Shown here piece after piece: positions 7,327 to 17,039 of a stretch of DNA of 57,973 nt. Both the position numbers and the translations under genes were made by a program. The stretch spans positions 1 through 57,973 of the forward strand of contig CALWEY010000088.1 in assembly GCA_944377435.1 (NCBI GenBank), written 5' to 3'. The DNA comes from an uncultured Clostridia bacterium (GTDB taxonomy: Bacteria; Bacillota; Clostridia; Christensenellales; UBA1242). The notes under the pieces were generated by a model. It searched no databases. It was not told where the DNA came from and worked only from the letters and a program-made list of their open reading frames with translations. Position 1 is the stretch's first letter, and the number at the start of each line of letters is the position of its first letter.

Positions 7327-8781
7327 TTAAATTTCTATCTCTTCAAGATTTGTAAAAAGCGAATTTATTTCTTCATTTGTGTATGTTCTATTTTCATAAT
7401 TTGTTGTAATTTTGTTATTTGTTTCTTTTTTATCTTGTTTAACCTGACAAAGTTTTGCGTTTTCAATATCAGTAATATTTTTTTCGTGCCAAGTGCTTAA
7501 AATTTTATTCATAAAAACAAGTGGTTGTGTTTTGCTGTTTGCAAGAGAAGTCGCATAATCTATTAGTTCGTTTGGCATATTCCAATTATTTTTCCAATTT
7601 CTATAAAATTCTCTATCCATGTTGTTCACATTTCTACTCAGGCCAAGTTTTTCAAGAATTTGTTTAATTTGTGCTTCAAAATTTAAAACTTCATCAAAAT
7701 ATTGATTTAAACTTTCGGTGTTTGTTACTCCAAGTTTATAAAATTTTAAAATTTGTTTGTCCATATATTCAAGAGTTCTAATTGAACTTTTAAAACAATA
7801 ATTGCTTATTTTTAATAAAGTTTCTTCATCATAGCCCATGTTGGTCCAATTTATTATATAGTTTTCAACAACTGGTTCAATATCTTCGTAGTACACACCA
7901 AGATTTTTGCAAACATTTTTTGCTAAATTAAACAGTGCAGATTTATGATTTTCATATGCTTCAATTTCTAAAATTGAAAACAGACGCATTGTGTAATATT
8001 TTTCTAAAATAACATCTAAATATTTAAAATTAACCGATTTTTTTGCTTTTTTATTTAATTTTGCAACATAAATTATTACATTACTCAAAAATCCCATTGC
8101 CAGCCATTTTTCGTATAAATCTCGTTCGTCTATATCGGCATTTCGTTTTATTCCCATAGCTTTTAATACAAGACTTAGGTCTTCATTTTGTTTTTCGTAT
8201 CCAAGTAGTTTTTCGTTTACTGCCATAGCTGTAACAACACCATCTTTTGCCCAATTTTTTGCAACAGTTAATATATATGGATAACCAACATTGTTGCCTT
8301 TAAGATCTGTGCAATATTTCATAATCATAAGTAGGGCACTTTGTTCCATGTGTAAACTTTCAAGTGTTGCATAATATTCATAATATTCATTTGGTGTAAT
8401 CATTCTTCCACTTAAAATTTCCTGGGCAGAAACATTAAAAGAAGCATACTTTTGTTCGCTGATTTTTGGGTGTTTTATCATTGCGTTTTTAATTGGTAAA
8501 TATTTTACTTGAAAAGGTATTGTGTCAAGAATTTGTACAAGTCCTTGTTCTTGCCAGTACAAAAATGAACTTTCAATGTCTTGCGTTGACATATTAAGTG
8601 CTTTTGCAAATTCTTCTATTGTGTTGTGTGAAGCATTTGCATCATTGCAAGCCAAAAGTCCATATAAATAAACTTTTACGCAATCACTAGGTGCGTATGG
8701 CATAAAAGATGTTATAAACATATTGTCTATTGGTGTTTTATTGTCAACTATTATTTGTGATGAATAACTGCAAAAACTCAT
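7327..8781 (-). CDS. dnaB: Replication initiation / membrane attachment protein, B. subtilis DnaB type (DnaD-like domains; not the replicative helicase)
   Basis: It is 484 aa, against roughly 470 aa recalled for B. subtilis DnaB. It lies 9 nt upstream of dnaI, with AAGGAGA between the two genes. It has a helical DnaD/DnaB_2-like repeat organisation. The call rests mainly on size and synteny. Confidence 0.5.
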   Translation of the reverse strand: MSFCSYSSQIIVDNKTPIDNMFITSFMPYAPSDCVKVYLYGLLACNDANASHNTIEEFAKALNMSTQDIESSFLYWQEQGLVQILDTIPFQVKYLPIKNAMIKHPKISEQKYASFNVSAQEILSGRMITPNEYYEYYATLESLHMEQSALLMIMKYCTDLKGNNVGYPYILTVAKNWAKDGVVTAMAVNEKLLGYEKQNEDLSLVLKAMGIKRNADIDERDLYEKWLAMGFLSNVIIYVAKLNKKAKKSVNFKYLDVILEKYYTMRLFSILEIEAYENHKSALFNLAKNVCKNLGVYYEDIEPVVENYIINWTNMGYDEETLLKISNYCFKSSIRTLEYMDKQILKFYKLGVTNTESLNQYFDEVLNFEAQIKQILEKLGLSRNVNNMDREFYRNWKNNWNMPNELIDYATSLANSKTQPLVFMNKILSTWHEKNITDIENAKLCQVKQDKKETNNKITTNYENRTYTNEEINSLFTNLEEIEI

Positions 8782-8895
8782 AAAATCCTCATTTTAAACT
8801 CAGTACATTTTAGCATATACAAAATTATTTTACAATGATTTTTAAATCAAACATAAATTAGTTTATATGAGCATAAATTATTGTGCAGGAGAGTT

Positions 8896-10374
8896 ATGAA
8901 AAAGTTTTTGTCATTTGTTTTAATTGGTTTATCTATTTTTATTTTTGTAGGCTGTGCTAACAGCTTTGAATATAAACAGGATTTAACATCTTATAGTTTA
9001 AATCTAGTTTACGATGATAATTTGCAAACAATAGATGCAACTCAGTGTGTTGATTACATAAACACAAGTGATAATACACTCAGCGAGTTAAAATTCCACT
9101 TGTATGCAAATGCGTTTAGAGAAGGAGCAAAGGCTAATGTTGTTAGTTTAGCAAACACACAAAAAGCATATCCAAACGGCAAAAGTTATGGTAATATACA
9201 AATTGAAAGTGTAAAAATTGGTGAAAATAACATAGAATTTGTTGTTGGTGGTGAAGATGAAAATATATTAGAAGTTCCACTATCAAGCGAGTTGTATCCA
9301 AATGATAGGGTTAAAATATACATTGATTATACAGTTACACTTGCAAACATAAATCATAGACTTGGTTACGGAGAAAATGCTGTAAACTTATGTAATTTTT
9401 ATCCAATAGCATGTGTTTATGAAGATGGCGATTTTGTCTGCGACTTATATAATTCTAATGGCGACCCATTTTATAGTGAAGTAAGCAACTATGATGTTCA
9501 AATAACATACCCTAAAAATTATATTTTAGCATCTAGTGGGAACAAACTTGAAGATATAGAAAATGAAACAACAAAGACAACAAAAATAAATGCTTTTTGT
9601 GTTAGAGATTTTGGCTTGGTTTTGTCAAATAAATTTGAAACAAAAACAAAAAGATATGACGATAGAGTAAACATTAACTATTTTTATACAAGTGATGACA
9701 ATGCTGATGAGACAATGCTTTTAATAGAAAATGCGCTTAGTTTTTTTGAAGAAAAAATTGGCAAATACCCATATGAAAATATAAGCGTTGTTGAAACAAA
9801 TTTTGTCCATGGTGGCATGGAATATCCAAATTTAGTTTTAATTAGTGATGATGTTGAAGATTATGTAACATATAGAGTTGTTGTTGTTCATGAACTTTGT
9901 CATCAATGGTGGTATGGTGTTGTTGGCAATAATCAATTTGATTATGGTTGGATTGATGAAGGATTAACAGAATTTTGCACAGTGTATTTCTTTGATAACT
10001 ATCCACAGTATGAAAGAACAATGGAAAATATGATAAGATCAGCAACTTTTTCATATACAACATTTATGAAAGTGTATAGTGATGTTCAAGGGCAAGTTGA
10101 TACAAGTATGAACAGGGCGTTAGACCAATTTAACACCGAACCGGAATATGTTTATAACACATATGTAAAAGGCATGCTCATGTTTTCAACAGTTTATGAA
10201 CTTGTTGGTGCGAAGAAATTTGATAGTGCACTAAAATATTATTACACAAATAATTTATATGAAATTGTAACACCGACTGATGTGATTAAATGTTTTTCAA
10301 GAGGAACGGGTAGAAATTTAGAAAATTTATTTAATTCCTACTTAGAAGGTAAAGTTCAAATTGTTGCTAAATAA
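8896..10374 (+). CDS. M1-family zinc metallopeptidase (aminopeptidase N-like), predicted lipoprotein
   Basis: HELCHQWWYGVVGNN...WIDEGLTEF gives the HExxH-18-E gluzincin signature. The signal peptide has the lipobox FVGC. The ATG at 8896 follows AGGAGA (8887-8892). Confidence 0.75.
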   Translation: MKKFLSFVLIGLSIFIFVGCANSFEYKQDLTSYSLNLVYDDNLQTIDATQCVDYINTSDNTLSELKFHLYANAFREGAKANVVSLANTQKAYPNGKSYGNIQIESVKIGENNIEFVVGGEDENILEVPLSSELYPNDRVKIYIDYTVTLANINHRLGYGENAVNLCNFYPIACVYEDGDFVCDLYNSNGDPFYSEVSNYDVQITYPKNYILASSGNKLEDIENETTKTTKINAFCVRDFGLVLSNKFETKTKRYDDRVNINYFYTSDDNADETMLLIENALSFFEEKIGKYPYENISVVETNFVHGGMEYPNLVLISDDVEDYVTYRVVVVHELCHQWWYGVVGNNQFDYGWIDEGLTEFCTVYFFDNYPQYERTMENMIRSATFSYTTFMKVYSDVQGQVDTSMNRALDQFNTEPEYVYNTYVKGMLMFSTVYELVGAKKFDSALKYYYTNNLYEIVTPTDVIKCFSRGTGRNLENLFNSYLEGKVQIVAK

Positions 10375-10380
10375 ATAAAA

Positions 10381-10410
10381 AGTGTTGTTTAATTGACAAC
10401 ACTTTTTTTT
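10381..10410 (+). terminator. Rho-independent terminator
   Basis: agtgttgt / acaacact stem with a 7-nt loop and a T8 tract. Confidence 0.7.
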
Positions 10411-10427
10411 AGCATTAAACTAAAAGC

Positions 10428-11243
10428 ATGGAAACTATGATATTAGAAAAAGATACCGAAATTGGCATTATGCCAAAAGAACAAGAAGAAAGTAATTGGA
10501 TAAAAAATGATGTGTTGGTTATAATTTTGCTGAACAAAAATTTTGATTTTGTTGCGACAAGAACACCATATGATATTGATATTTGCGGAAAGAAAATGTG
10601 GGAGTGGGTGGCTCTTAGTTGCTCTGATTGTGAGATTAAAACAACTGTTTGTACAGAGGAAAGTGATATTTTAACTTTAATTAAACCATATCTAAACAAC
10701 AAAAAATGGACTTTTGTTTTGTATAGCGATACGCCACTTTTTTCAAGTGCAACTTTTGTTAGTGCTTTAGAATATGTGAGAGCAAAGCAAGCAAATGTGC
10801 TTAAACTACAAAGGGGTTATGTGTTTAATACAGAATACATTAAAAATGCCGAAAGTTTAATTGGTATGCCATCTAGTGAATTTGGTACAAAACAAGATTT
10901 TTTTGTGGTAGATAGCACAAAATCACTTTATGAAGTAAATACTATAATAAAAAACAGAATAATAGACTTTCACATAAAAAACGGAATAATTATCGATGAT
11001 AAAAATTCTGTGCATATTGATGCAAATGTTGTTATTGAAAGTGGAACTGTAATAAAACAAAACAACGCTTTATATGGACTTACATACATTGGAAAAAATT
11101 GTGTGTTAGAGCCAAATAATGTTATAAAAGACAGTATAATTTCAAATAATTGTGTGATAAAATATTCATACATTGAAGAGAGTAGAATTTCTGAAAATAT
11201 TGTTGTTGGACCATTTGAAAGTATAATAAATAAATCTAATTAA
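10428..11243 (+). CDS. Short GlmU-like protein: degenerate nucleotidyltransferase-like N-terminus plus a left-handed beta-helix (hexapeptide repeat) C-terminus
   Basis: Hexapeptide repeats are present (VVIESGTVIKQNNALYGLTYIGKNCVLEPNNVIKDSIISNNCVIKYSYIEESRISENIVVGP). It occupies the position upstream of pth, as in glmU-prs-ctc-pth-mfd synteny. It lacks the LAAGxGTRM motif and is only 271 aa. Confidence 0.4.
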   Translation: METMILEKDTEIGIMPKEQEESNWIKNDVLVIILLNKNFDFVATRTPYDIDICGKKMWEWVALSCSDCEIKTTVCTEESDILTLIKPYLNNKKWTFVLYSDTPLFSSATFVSALEYVRAKQANVLKLQRGYVFNTEYIKNAESLIGMPSSEFGTKQDFFVVDSTKSLYEVNTIIKNRIIDFHIKNGIIIDDKNSVHIDANVVIESGTVIKQNNALYGLTYIGKNCVLEPNNVIKDSIISNNCVIKYSYIEESRISENIVVGPFESIINKSN

Positions 11244-11252
11244 GGGAAAAAT

Positions 11253-11780
11253 ATGAAACTAGTTGTAGGGTTGGGGAATCCAGGAAAAGAGTATGAAGGT
11301 ACTTATCATAACATAGGTTTTTTTGCTGTGGATAAATTAAGCGATGAGTATGGGCTTGACTTTACAAAAAATGAATGTAAGGCAAAAACTTGCAGTGTAA
11401 ATTTAAAAAGCACAAAACTAATACTAGCAAAACCACAAACATACATGAATTTATCAGGCGAAAGCATTAGAGAATTAAAGCAAAAATACAAATTAAATAA
11501 CAGCGATATATATGTTTTTTGTGATGATATAGATTTGCCACTTGGCAAAATTAGATTAAGACATCAAGGCAGTGGTGGAACACACAATGGACTTAAAAAT
11601 ATTGTATTAAACATTGGCGAAGATTTTAATCGTATAAAAATTGGTGTGGGCAGAGATGAAAAGTTTAGAGATTTAGCAGATTTTGTTCTGTCAAAAATAC
11701 CTAAAGATAAGCAAGAAATTTTAGATGTTTCTATTACGCAAGCACTAGAATTATTGCACCAAGACCTTGGAGAAAAATGA
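11253..11780 (+). CDS. pth: Peptidyl-tRNA hydrolase
   Basis: MKLVVGLGNPGKEYEGTYHNIGF plus GGTHNGLKNI are classic Pth motifs. Confidence 0.95.
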   Translation: MKLVVGLGNPGKEYEGTYHNIGFFAVDKLSDEYGLDFTKNECKAKTCSVNLKSTKLILAKPQTYMNLSGESIRELKQKYKLNNSDIYVFCDDIDLPLGKIRLRHQGSGGTHNGLKNIVLNIGEDFNRIKIGVGRDEKFRDLADFVLSKIPKDKQEILDVSITQALELLHQDLGEK

Positions 11781-14700
11781 ACATACTAAACATTGTGCAA
11801 AATTCAACAAATATAAAAAATGCAAGTGAATGTTTAAAAAATAACATTCGCTTGTCTTTGTCTGGAATGGGAAGTGGTGAAAAGAGTTTATTTGTTCATA
11901 GTGTCAATAAAAAAAGTATAATTGTTTGCAAAGATTTTGTTACGCTAAGCGAACTTAAAGCATCACTTATAAGTCTTGGGCACAGGGTGGGAATAATAAA
12001 CTATGGATTAAACTCTCCAATTTTTTCGTACAATCAAGACAATAGTTCTATGCTTGAATTTATATCAAACATTTTTGATTTTCACTTAAATAACATAGAT
12101 ATTTTGTTAGTTTTGTGTGAAACTTTGCTTCAAAGATTGCCAAGTAAAGAGTTTTTAAATAGTTATATAACTTTTAAAAAATCAAATGATTATAACTATC
12201 AAAATATAGAGTATACGCTTACTAAAATTGGATATAAAAGAAACGAGTATGCAACAAAAAAAGGTGAGTTTTCTGTAAGGGGAGATATCGTTGATATATT
12301 TCCAATAAATAGAGAAAATCCAATTAGACTAGATTTTTTTGGCGACAATCTTGAAAAAATATCTCAGTTTAGCGTGGATAGTATGAAATCATTTGACGAA
12401 ATGAATGAGGCAATAATATATCCAGCAACAATATTTATTTTTGATGAAAATAAAAACAAAATAATAGAAAATTTTAATAATGAAATAAAAAAAATAAAAA
12501 TAAATAATGATAATTATTCAAAAATTAATGATATAAAATCATATTATTTAGTAAATTTTGAAAATAATTCTCTGCCAATAAATAATGCTTTTATTTTACC
12601 ATTTTTTAATTTTAATGATAATATATTATCATTATTTAGTGATAATTTAATCTTTTTTGATGAACCAAAAAAGATTTTTGATGATTTTAATTTAATTTAT
12701 AACAATAATTTAGACAGCATAAATAATTTAATAAAAAATGGTGAATTGTTGCCTATTCACAGTAAATTTAATTGTGATTTAAAAGATGTTTTAAACATAA
12801 ATAATTATTGCTTATTTGATAATTATCAAAATTCGTATTTAAAAAGTGAAAAAACAATTCATTTTAGAACCATTGGCACAAGAAAATATGTTTTTGATTA
12901 TAAAGCACTTACTAGCGATATAAATATTTATTTGTCATCAAATTACAAGGTGTTTTTATTTTGCGAAACGAAAGCAAGTTTAGATAGCATAGGAACATTT
13001 TTGCTTTCTAACAATGTTAACTATCAATTAGAATTTAAAAATAACAATAAGGCGCAAGTTATTTTGCTTGAAGACTATTTGGAACTATCAGCAAGTTTTT
13101 TAGAAGTTGGTATTATTTTTATTGGCACAAACGATCTTGTAAAAAGAACAAAAAGTCAAAGCATAACCTTAAAAAAACCATCTAAATTATATTTACCTAA
13201 AATTGGTGAATATGTTGTTCATGAAATTCACGGAATTGGTAAGTGCGTAGATATAAAAAAATTAAATCTTAACGGTTTTGAAAAAGACTATTTTGTTTTA
13301 GAGTATAAAGGTGGAGATATTTTGTATGTTCCAACTGAACAAACAAACATGATTTCTGCTTTTATGGGAAGCGATAAAAAACCAACTTTAAATAAAATAG
13401 GTGGTCAAGAATTTTCAAAAATAAAAGAAAAAGTAAAACAAAGTGTTAAACAGCTTGCTTTTGATCTTTCAAAATTATATGCAGAAAGAGAAAAGTTAAA
13501 GGGGCATAGATATGAAAAAGGTTCTTATCTTATGGACGAGTTTGAAAACGCTTTTGAGTACGAACTGACATATGACCAAAATGAAGCGGTAAACGATATA
13601 AAAAAAGATTTGTATTCGTCAAAGATAATGGATAGGCTTATTTGTGGAGATGTTGGATATGGCAAAACAGAAGTGGCACTTAGGGCTGCATATCAAGTTG
13701 TTTTAGAAGGAAAACAAGTTGCCTTTTTGTGTCCAACAACAATACTATCTATTCAGCACTATAAAACAACAGTAAAACGAACAAAAGATTTTATGTGTAA
13801 TGTTCAAGTGTTAAATAGATTTAAAACAAAACAAGAGCAGACTCAAATTTTAAAAGATTTAAAAGATGGTAAAATTGATATTTTAATTGGCACGCATAGA
13901 CTACTATCTAATGATGTTGTATTTAAAGATTTAGGACTTTTAATATTAGATGAAGAGCATAGATTTGGTGTTGCCGATAAAGAAAAAATTAAAAATCTAA
14001 AAAAAGATGTAGATGTGCTTACTTTAAGTGCAACACCAATACCAAGAACTTTAAATATGGCGATGACTGGAATAAGAGATATTTCTATTATTGAAACTCC
14101 ACCTAAAAATCGTTTACCAGTGCAAACATATGTGTTGGAAGAAAGCGAAGCACTTATCGTAGATGCTTGCAATAGAGAACTTTCACGACAAGGGCAGGTT
14201 TTAATTGTTTACAACAGTGTTGAAAAAATATATGACTTTGCAAAAAAAATCGGGGAGTTGTTGCCAAATGCAAGAATTGGAGTTGCACATGGTCAAATGC
14301 CCGAAAAAATTTTAGAAGATGTCATCTTAAAACTCTACAATGGCGAGTTTGATATTTTAGTTGCAACAACACTAATAGAAAATGGTATAGATTTGCCTAT
14401 GGCAAACACTTTAATTGTAATTGATGCGGATAGACTTGGTCTTTCGCAGTTATATCAATTAAAGGGAAGAATTGGAAGAAGTGACAGACTTGCATATGCG
14501 TATTTTACTTATAATCCAGCAAAAGTACTTTCGCAAGACGCATATAAAAGGCTTGATGCTATTTTAGAGTTTACCGAGCTTGGCAGTGGATTTAAGATTG
14601 CAATGCGAGACTTGGAAATTAGAGGCGCAGGCAATGTGCTTGGCAAAGAACAACATGGGCATATGGAGAAAGTTGGATATGAAATGTATTGCAAACTTCT

Positions 14701-15193
14701 TGAAGAGGCTGTAAGTGAACTTAAAGGCAAAAAGAAAAAAGAAGAATTACCTCTTAAAGTGGATATATCATGCCCAGCATATCTTCCAGACGATTATGTT
14801 AAGGGTGATAGTGAAAGAATTAAGTTGTATTCTCAAATTAGTGAAATATCTTCAATTTCACAACTTGAAGATTTAAAGAAATCAACTGTTGAAGCGTTTG
14901 GTGAACTTCCAAAAGAACTTTTAAATTTGTTTAAGATAGCGTTAATTAAAAATTTGTGTGTTAAACTTGAAGCAAAAAGAATTGTGTGCGATGCCGTAAA
15001 CACAAAAATATATCTATATAAAAAAGAAGAAATTATTTCAAAACAATGTGCCGAAACAATTAACAAATACAAAGATATTTGTGTTTTAAAATTTGAAGAT
15101 GTGCCAATAATTGTTTTAGATTTAAAAAGTATGTCTATTCAAGAGAAACTAAATTTCCTTATTAAATTTCTAATAAGCGCTACAAATAATTAG
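11777..15193 (+). CDS. mfd: Transcription-repair coupling factor Mfd
   Basis: It has a CarD-like RNAP-interaction segment (GEYVVHEIHGIGK). Superfamily-2 helicase motifs are present: GDVGYGKTEVALRAA, DEEHRFGV, TLSATPIPRT, QLYQLKGRIGR. The ATGA start/stop overlap with pth suggests translational coupling. Confidence 0.95.
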   Translation: MNILNIVQNSTNIKNASECLKNNIRLSLSGMGSGEKSLFVHSVNKKSIIVCKDFVTLSELKASLISLGHRVGIINYGLNSPIFSYNQDNSSMLEFISNIFDFHLNNIDILLVLCETLLQRLPSKEFLNSYITFKKSNDYNYQNIEYTLTKIGYKRNEYATKKGEFSVRGDIVDIFPINRENPIRLDFFGDNLEKISQFSVDSMKSFDEMNEAIIYPATIFIFDENKNKIIENFNNEIKKIKINNDNYSKINDIKSYYLVNFENNSLPINNAFILPFFNFNDNILSLFSDNLIFFDEPKKIFDDFNLIYNNNLDSINNLIKNGELLPIHSKFNCDLKDVLNINNYCLFDNYQNSYLKSEKTIHFRTIGTRKYVFDYKALTSDINIYLSSNYKVFLFCETKASLDSIGTFLLSNNVNYQLEFKNNNKAQVILLEDYLELSASFLEVGIIFIGTNDLVKRTKSQSITLKKPSKLYLPKIGEYVVHEIHGIGKCVDIKKLNLNGFEKDYFVLEYKGGDILYVPTEQTNMISAFMGSDKKPTLNKIGGQEFSKIKEKVKQSVKQLAFDLSKLYAEREKLKGHRYEKGSYLMDEFENAFEYELTYDQNEAVNDIKKDLYSSKIMDRLICGDVGYGKTEVALRAAYQVVLEGKQVAFLCPTTILSIQHYKTTVKRTKDFMCNVQVLNRFKTKQEQTQILKDLKDGKIDILIGTHRLLSNDVVFKDLGLLILDEEHRFGVADKEKIKNLKKDVDVLTLSATPIPRTLNMAMTGIRDISIIETPPKNRLPVQTYVLEESEALIVDACNRELSRQGQVLIVYNSVEKIYDFAKKIGELLPNARIGVAHGQMPEKILEDVILKLYNGEFDILVATTLIENGIDLPMANTLIVIDADRLGLSQLYQLKGRIGRSDRLAYAYFTYNPAKVLSQDAYKRLDAILEFTELGSGFKIAMRDLEIRGAGNVLGKEQHGHMEKVGYEMYCKLLEEAVSELKGKKKKEELPLKVDISCPAYLPDDYVKGDSERIKLYSQISEISSISQLEDLKKSTVEAFGELPKELLNLFKIALIKNLCVKLEAKRIVCDAVNTKIYLYKKEEIISKQCAETINKYKDICVLKFEDVPIIVLDLKSMSIQEKLNFLIKFLISATNN

Positions 15194-15200
15194 TTTTTAA

Positions 15201-15229
15201 TTGATTTTTAATTTTTTATAATATATAAT
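15201..15229 (+). promoter_or_regulatory. Sigma-A-type promoter candidate
   Basis: TTGATT (15201-15206), a 17-nt spacer, then TATAAT (15224-15229). The AT-rich context lowers specificity. Confidence 0.4.
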
Positions 15230-15255
15230 AACTTAGTTAAATTGGAGAAATAATA

Positions 15256-16926
15256 GTGAAAAGAAAATTATCAAGTTTAGTTCTATGTATGCTATTGGCA
15301 TTTGTTATTATATTGAGTGGGTGCGATTTGTTTCCAAAAAATTATACCGCATATTTAAACAAATCGGTTTGCACATTGACATATGCTGACGGCGAAAAAG
15401 AAGAAATTACAACAGAAGCATATATAAATGCGTTTAATAGTTACGGTTCAAGTTTAGTTCAAAATGGTTCAACATACGAAGAAGCCGCTGAACAAACTAT
15501 TGAAGTTTTAATCAATAGATATGTTCTTTTAAATCATGCAAAAACCGTTATAACAATAACTGACGATGATAAAAAAGAAATATATGACGATGTTTATACT
15601 TCACTTAAATCTAATTTAGAAACTTATGAAACCGAAGTCCGTGACGAGTGGAATATGCCAAAGCCAACTTCACCAGAAGATGAAGAAAGCGATATCGTTT
15701 TGTACGAAGAATATGTTCCAACAGCAGAAGTTGTTTTTGTTGATGGACAATATAAAATAAAATTATTAGATACAACAGAAGATAAACAAACAACAAATTT
15801 TGCATCTCTTGATGCGGTGATAGAACAATTTAAAAATTATGCTAATTACAACGATAACACAAACAATGCAAAAATAAGAAAAGAAGCTTATAGAAGATTT
15901 TTAACAGTGTTAAAAAAGAACGAGCAAAACCTTAACCTTTCTACAGACTATGACAGCATTTTAAGAAGATATGTTGAAAAATTATATAAAAGTACAGAAG
16001 AAAATTTTTATATCACAAGTTTAGAAGATTATTATAAAACTGAAGAAGGTTATTCAACAATTTCAGTTGGACAAGTTTTAAATAAATATAAATCTTTACT
16101 TCTTCAATCAAAATTTAAGTACGAAGCCAATGCTGAAAACTATGACACAGCAATGTTAGAATCATTTAAAGATGTTTACTATGTTGTTGACGATAACTAT
16201 TTCTTTGTGTCACATATTTTAATGAAATATGATGAAACAAGTGTAAATGGCGAGTTAAGTCAAAAAGAACAATATGATAATTTAAAAACAGAATATGAAA
16301 GCGGATATATAACAAAAAAAGTATACGAAGAAAAACTTGTTGAACTTGCAAATGCGGTGCAAGCAAAAGTAAGAAACGAAAACGGCGAGTTAACAGGAGC
16401 AACAATAAGTGCAAATCAAGTTTTAAAAGATTTAACAAATGCGTTGGAAAGTCCTGAAGTTAAAACAGACGAAGATAAAGCAAATGTATTTAGAGATTAT
16501 ATGTATAAATACAGCGAAGACACAGGAACAGTTAATGCAGAATATATGTATGTTGTTGGAACAGAAACCAGTAAAATGGTTGAAAGTTTTACAGAAGAAG
16601 CAAGAAAATTAAATGAACAAGGTACTTTTGGTGCAATCAGTACAAAACTTGTTGCTTCTGAATATGGTGTTCATATATTGTTTTATGGGGGTAAAGTTGA
16701 GAACTTGTTTACAGTAACCGATGTTTCAACATTTACTTTAAATGATAGCGATATTGAAGTACTTACAAATGCAAAATTAAGCGCACTTAACAATAAAACA
16801 GTTTTTGATAAGGTTTTTGAACTTTTAAGCGATGATAACTATTCGATTTTTGAAAACATGAATCTAAATGTTTTAAAGAAAGGAATGAAAATTGAAAAAC
16901 ATAAAAGCGTATATGAAAATTTATAA
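15256..16926 (+). CDS. PrsA/SurA-like lipoprotein chaperone with a parvulin-type PPIase-like C-terminal region
   Basis: The GTG start lies 7 nt after GGAGA. The lipobox is LSGC. A parvulin-like stretch is present: YSEDTGT...MVESFTEEARKL...GTFGAISTKLVASEYGVHILFYGG. It sits after mfd, as in many Firmicutes. Confidence 0.55.
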   Translation: MKRKLSSLVLCMLLAFVIILSGCDLFPKNYTAYLNKSVCTLTYADGEKEEITTEAYINAFNSYGSSLVQNGSTYEEAAEQTIEVLINRYVLLNHAKTVITITDDDKKEIYDDVYTSLKSNLETYETEVRDEWNMPKPTSPEDEESDIVLYEEYVPTAEVVFVDGQYKIKLLDTTEDKQTTNFASLDAVIEQFKNYANYNDNTNNAKIRKEAYRRFLTVLKKNEQNLNLSTDYDSILRRYVEKLYKSTEENFYITSLEDYYKTEEGYSTISVGQVLNKYKSLLLQSKFKYEANAENYDTAMLESFKDVYYVVDDNYFFVSHILMKYDETSVNGELSQKEQYDNLKTEYESGYITKKVYEEKLVELANAVQAKVRNENGELTGATISANQVLKDLTNALESPEVKTDEDKANVFRDYMYKYSEDTGTVNAEYMYVVGTETSKMVESFTEEARKLNEQGTFGAISTKLVASEYGVHILFYGGKVENLFTVTDVSTFTLNDSDIEVLTNAKLSALNNKTVFDKVFELLSDDNYSIFENMNLNVLKKGMKIEKHKSVYENL

Positions 16927-16945
16927 ACTTAGATAAATAATATAA

Positions 16946-16975
16946 AAATAAAGGTTAAATGCCTTTATTTTTTTA
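16946..16975 (+). terminator. Rho-independent terminator
   Basis: aaataaagg / cctttattt forms a 9-bp stem with a 7-nt loop, followed by a T tract. Confidence 0.6.
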
Positions 16976-17039
16976 TTATAATGTCAATAATAATAAATAA
17001 TCTTTACAATTAAATTTAATTTTGATACAATGAAAAGGC

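Noticed and set aside
13843-14172. Antisense ORFs inside conserved genes: mfd 13843-14172, rpoB 55497-55832 and 56138-56407, the glmU-like gene 10415-10702, and the Fe-ADH-like gene 20619-20933.
   Set aside because: The opposite strand encodes strongly conserved proteins with clear motifs. The antisense ORFs have no start-site signals or recognisable motifs.
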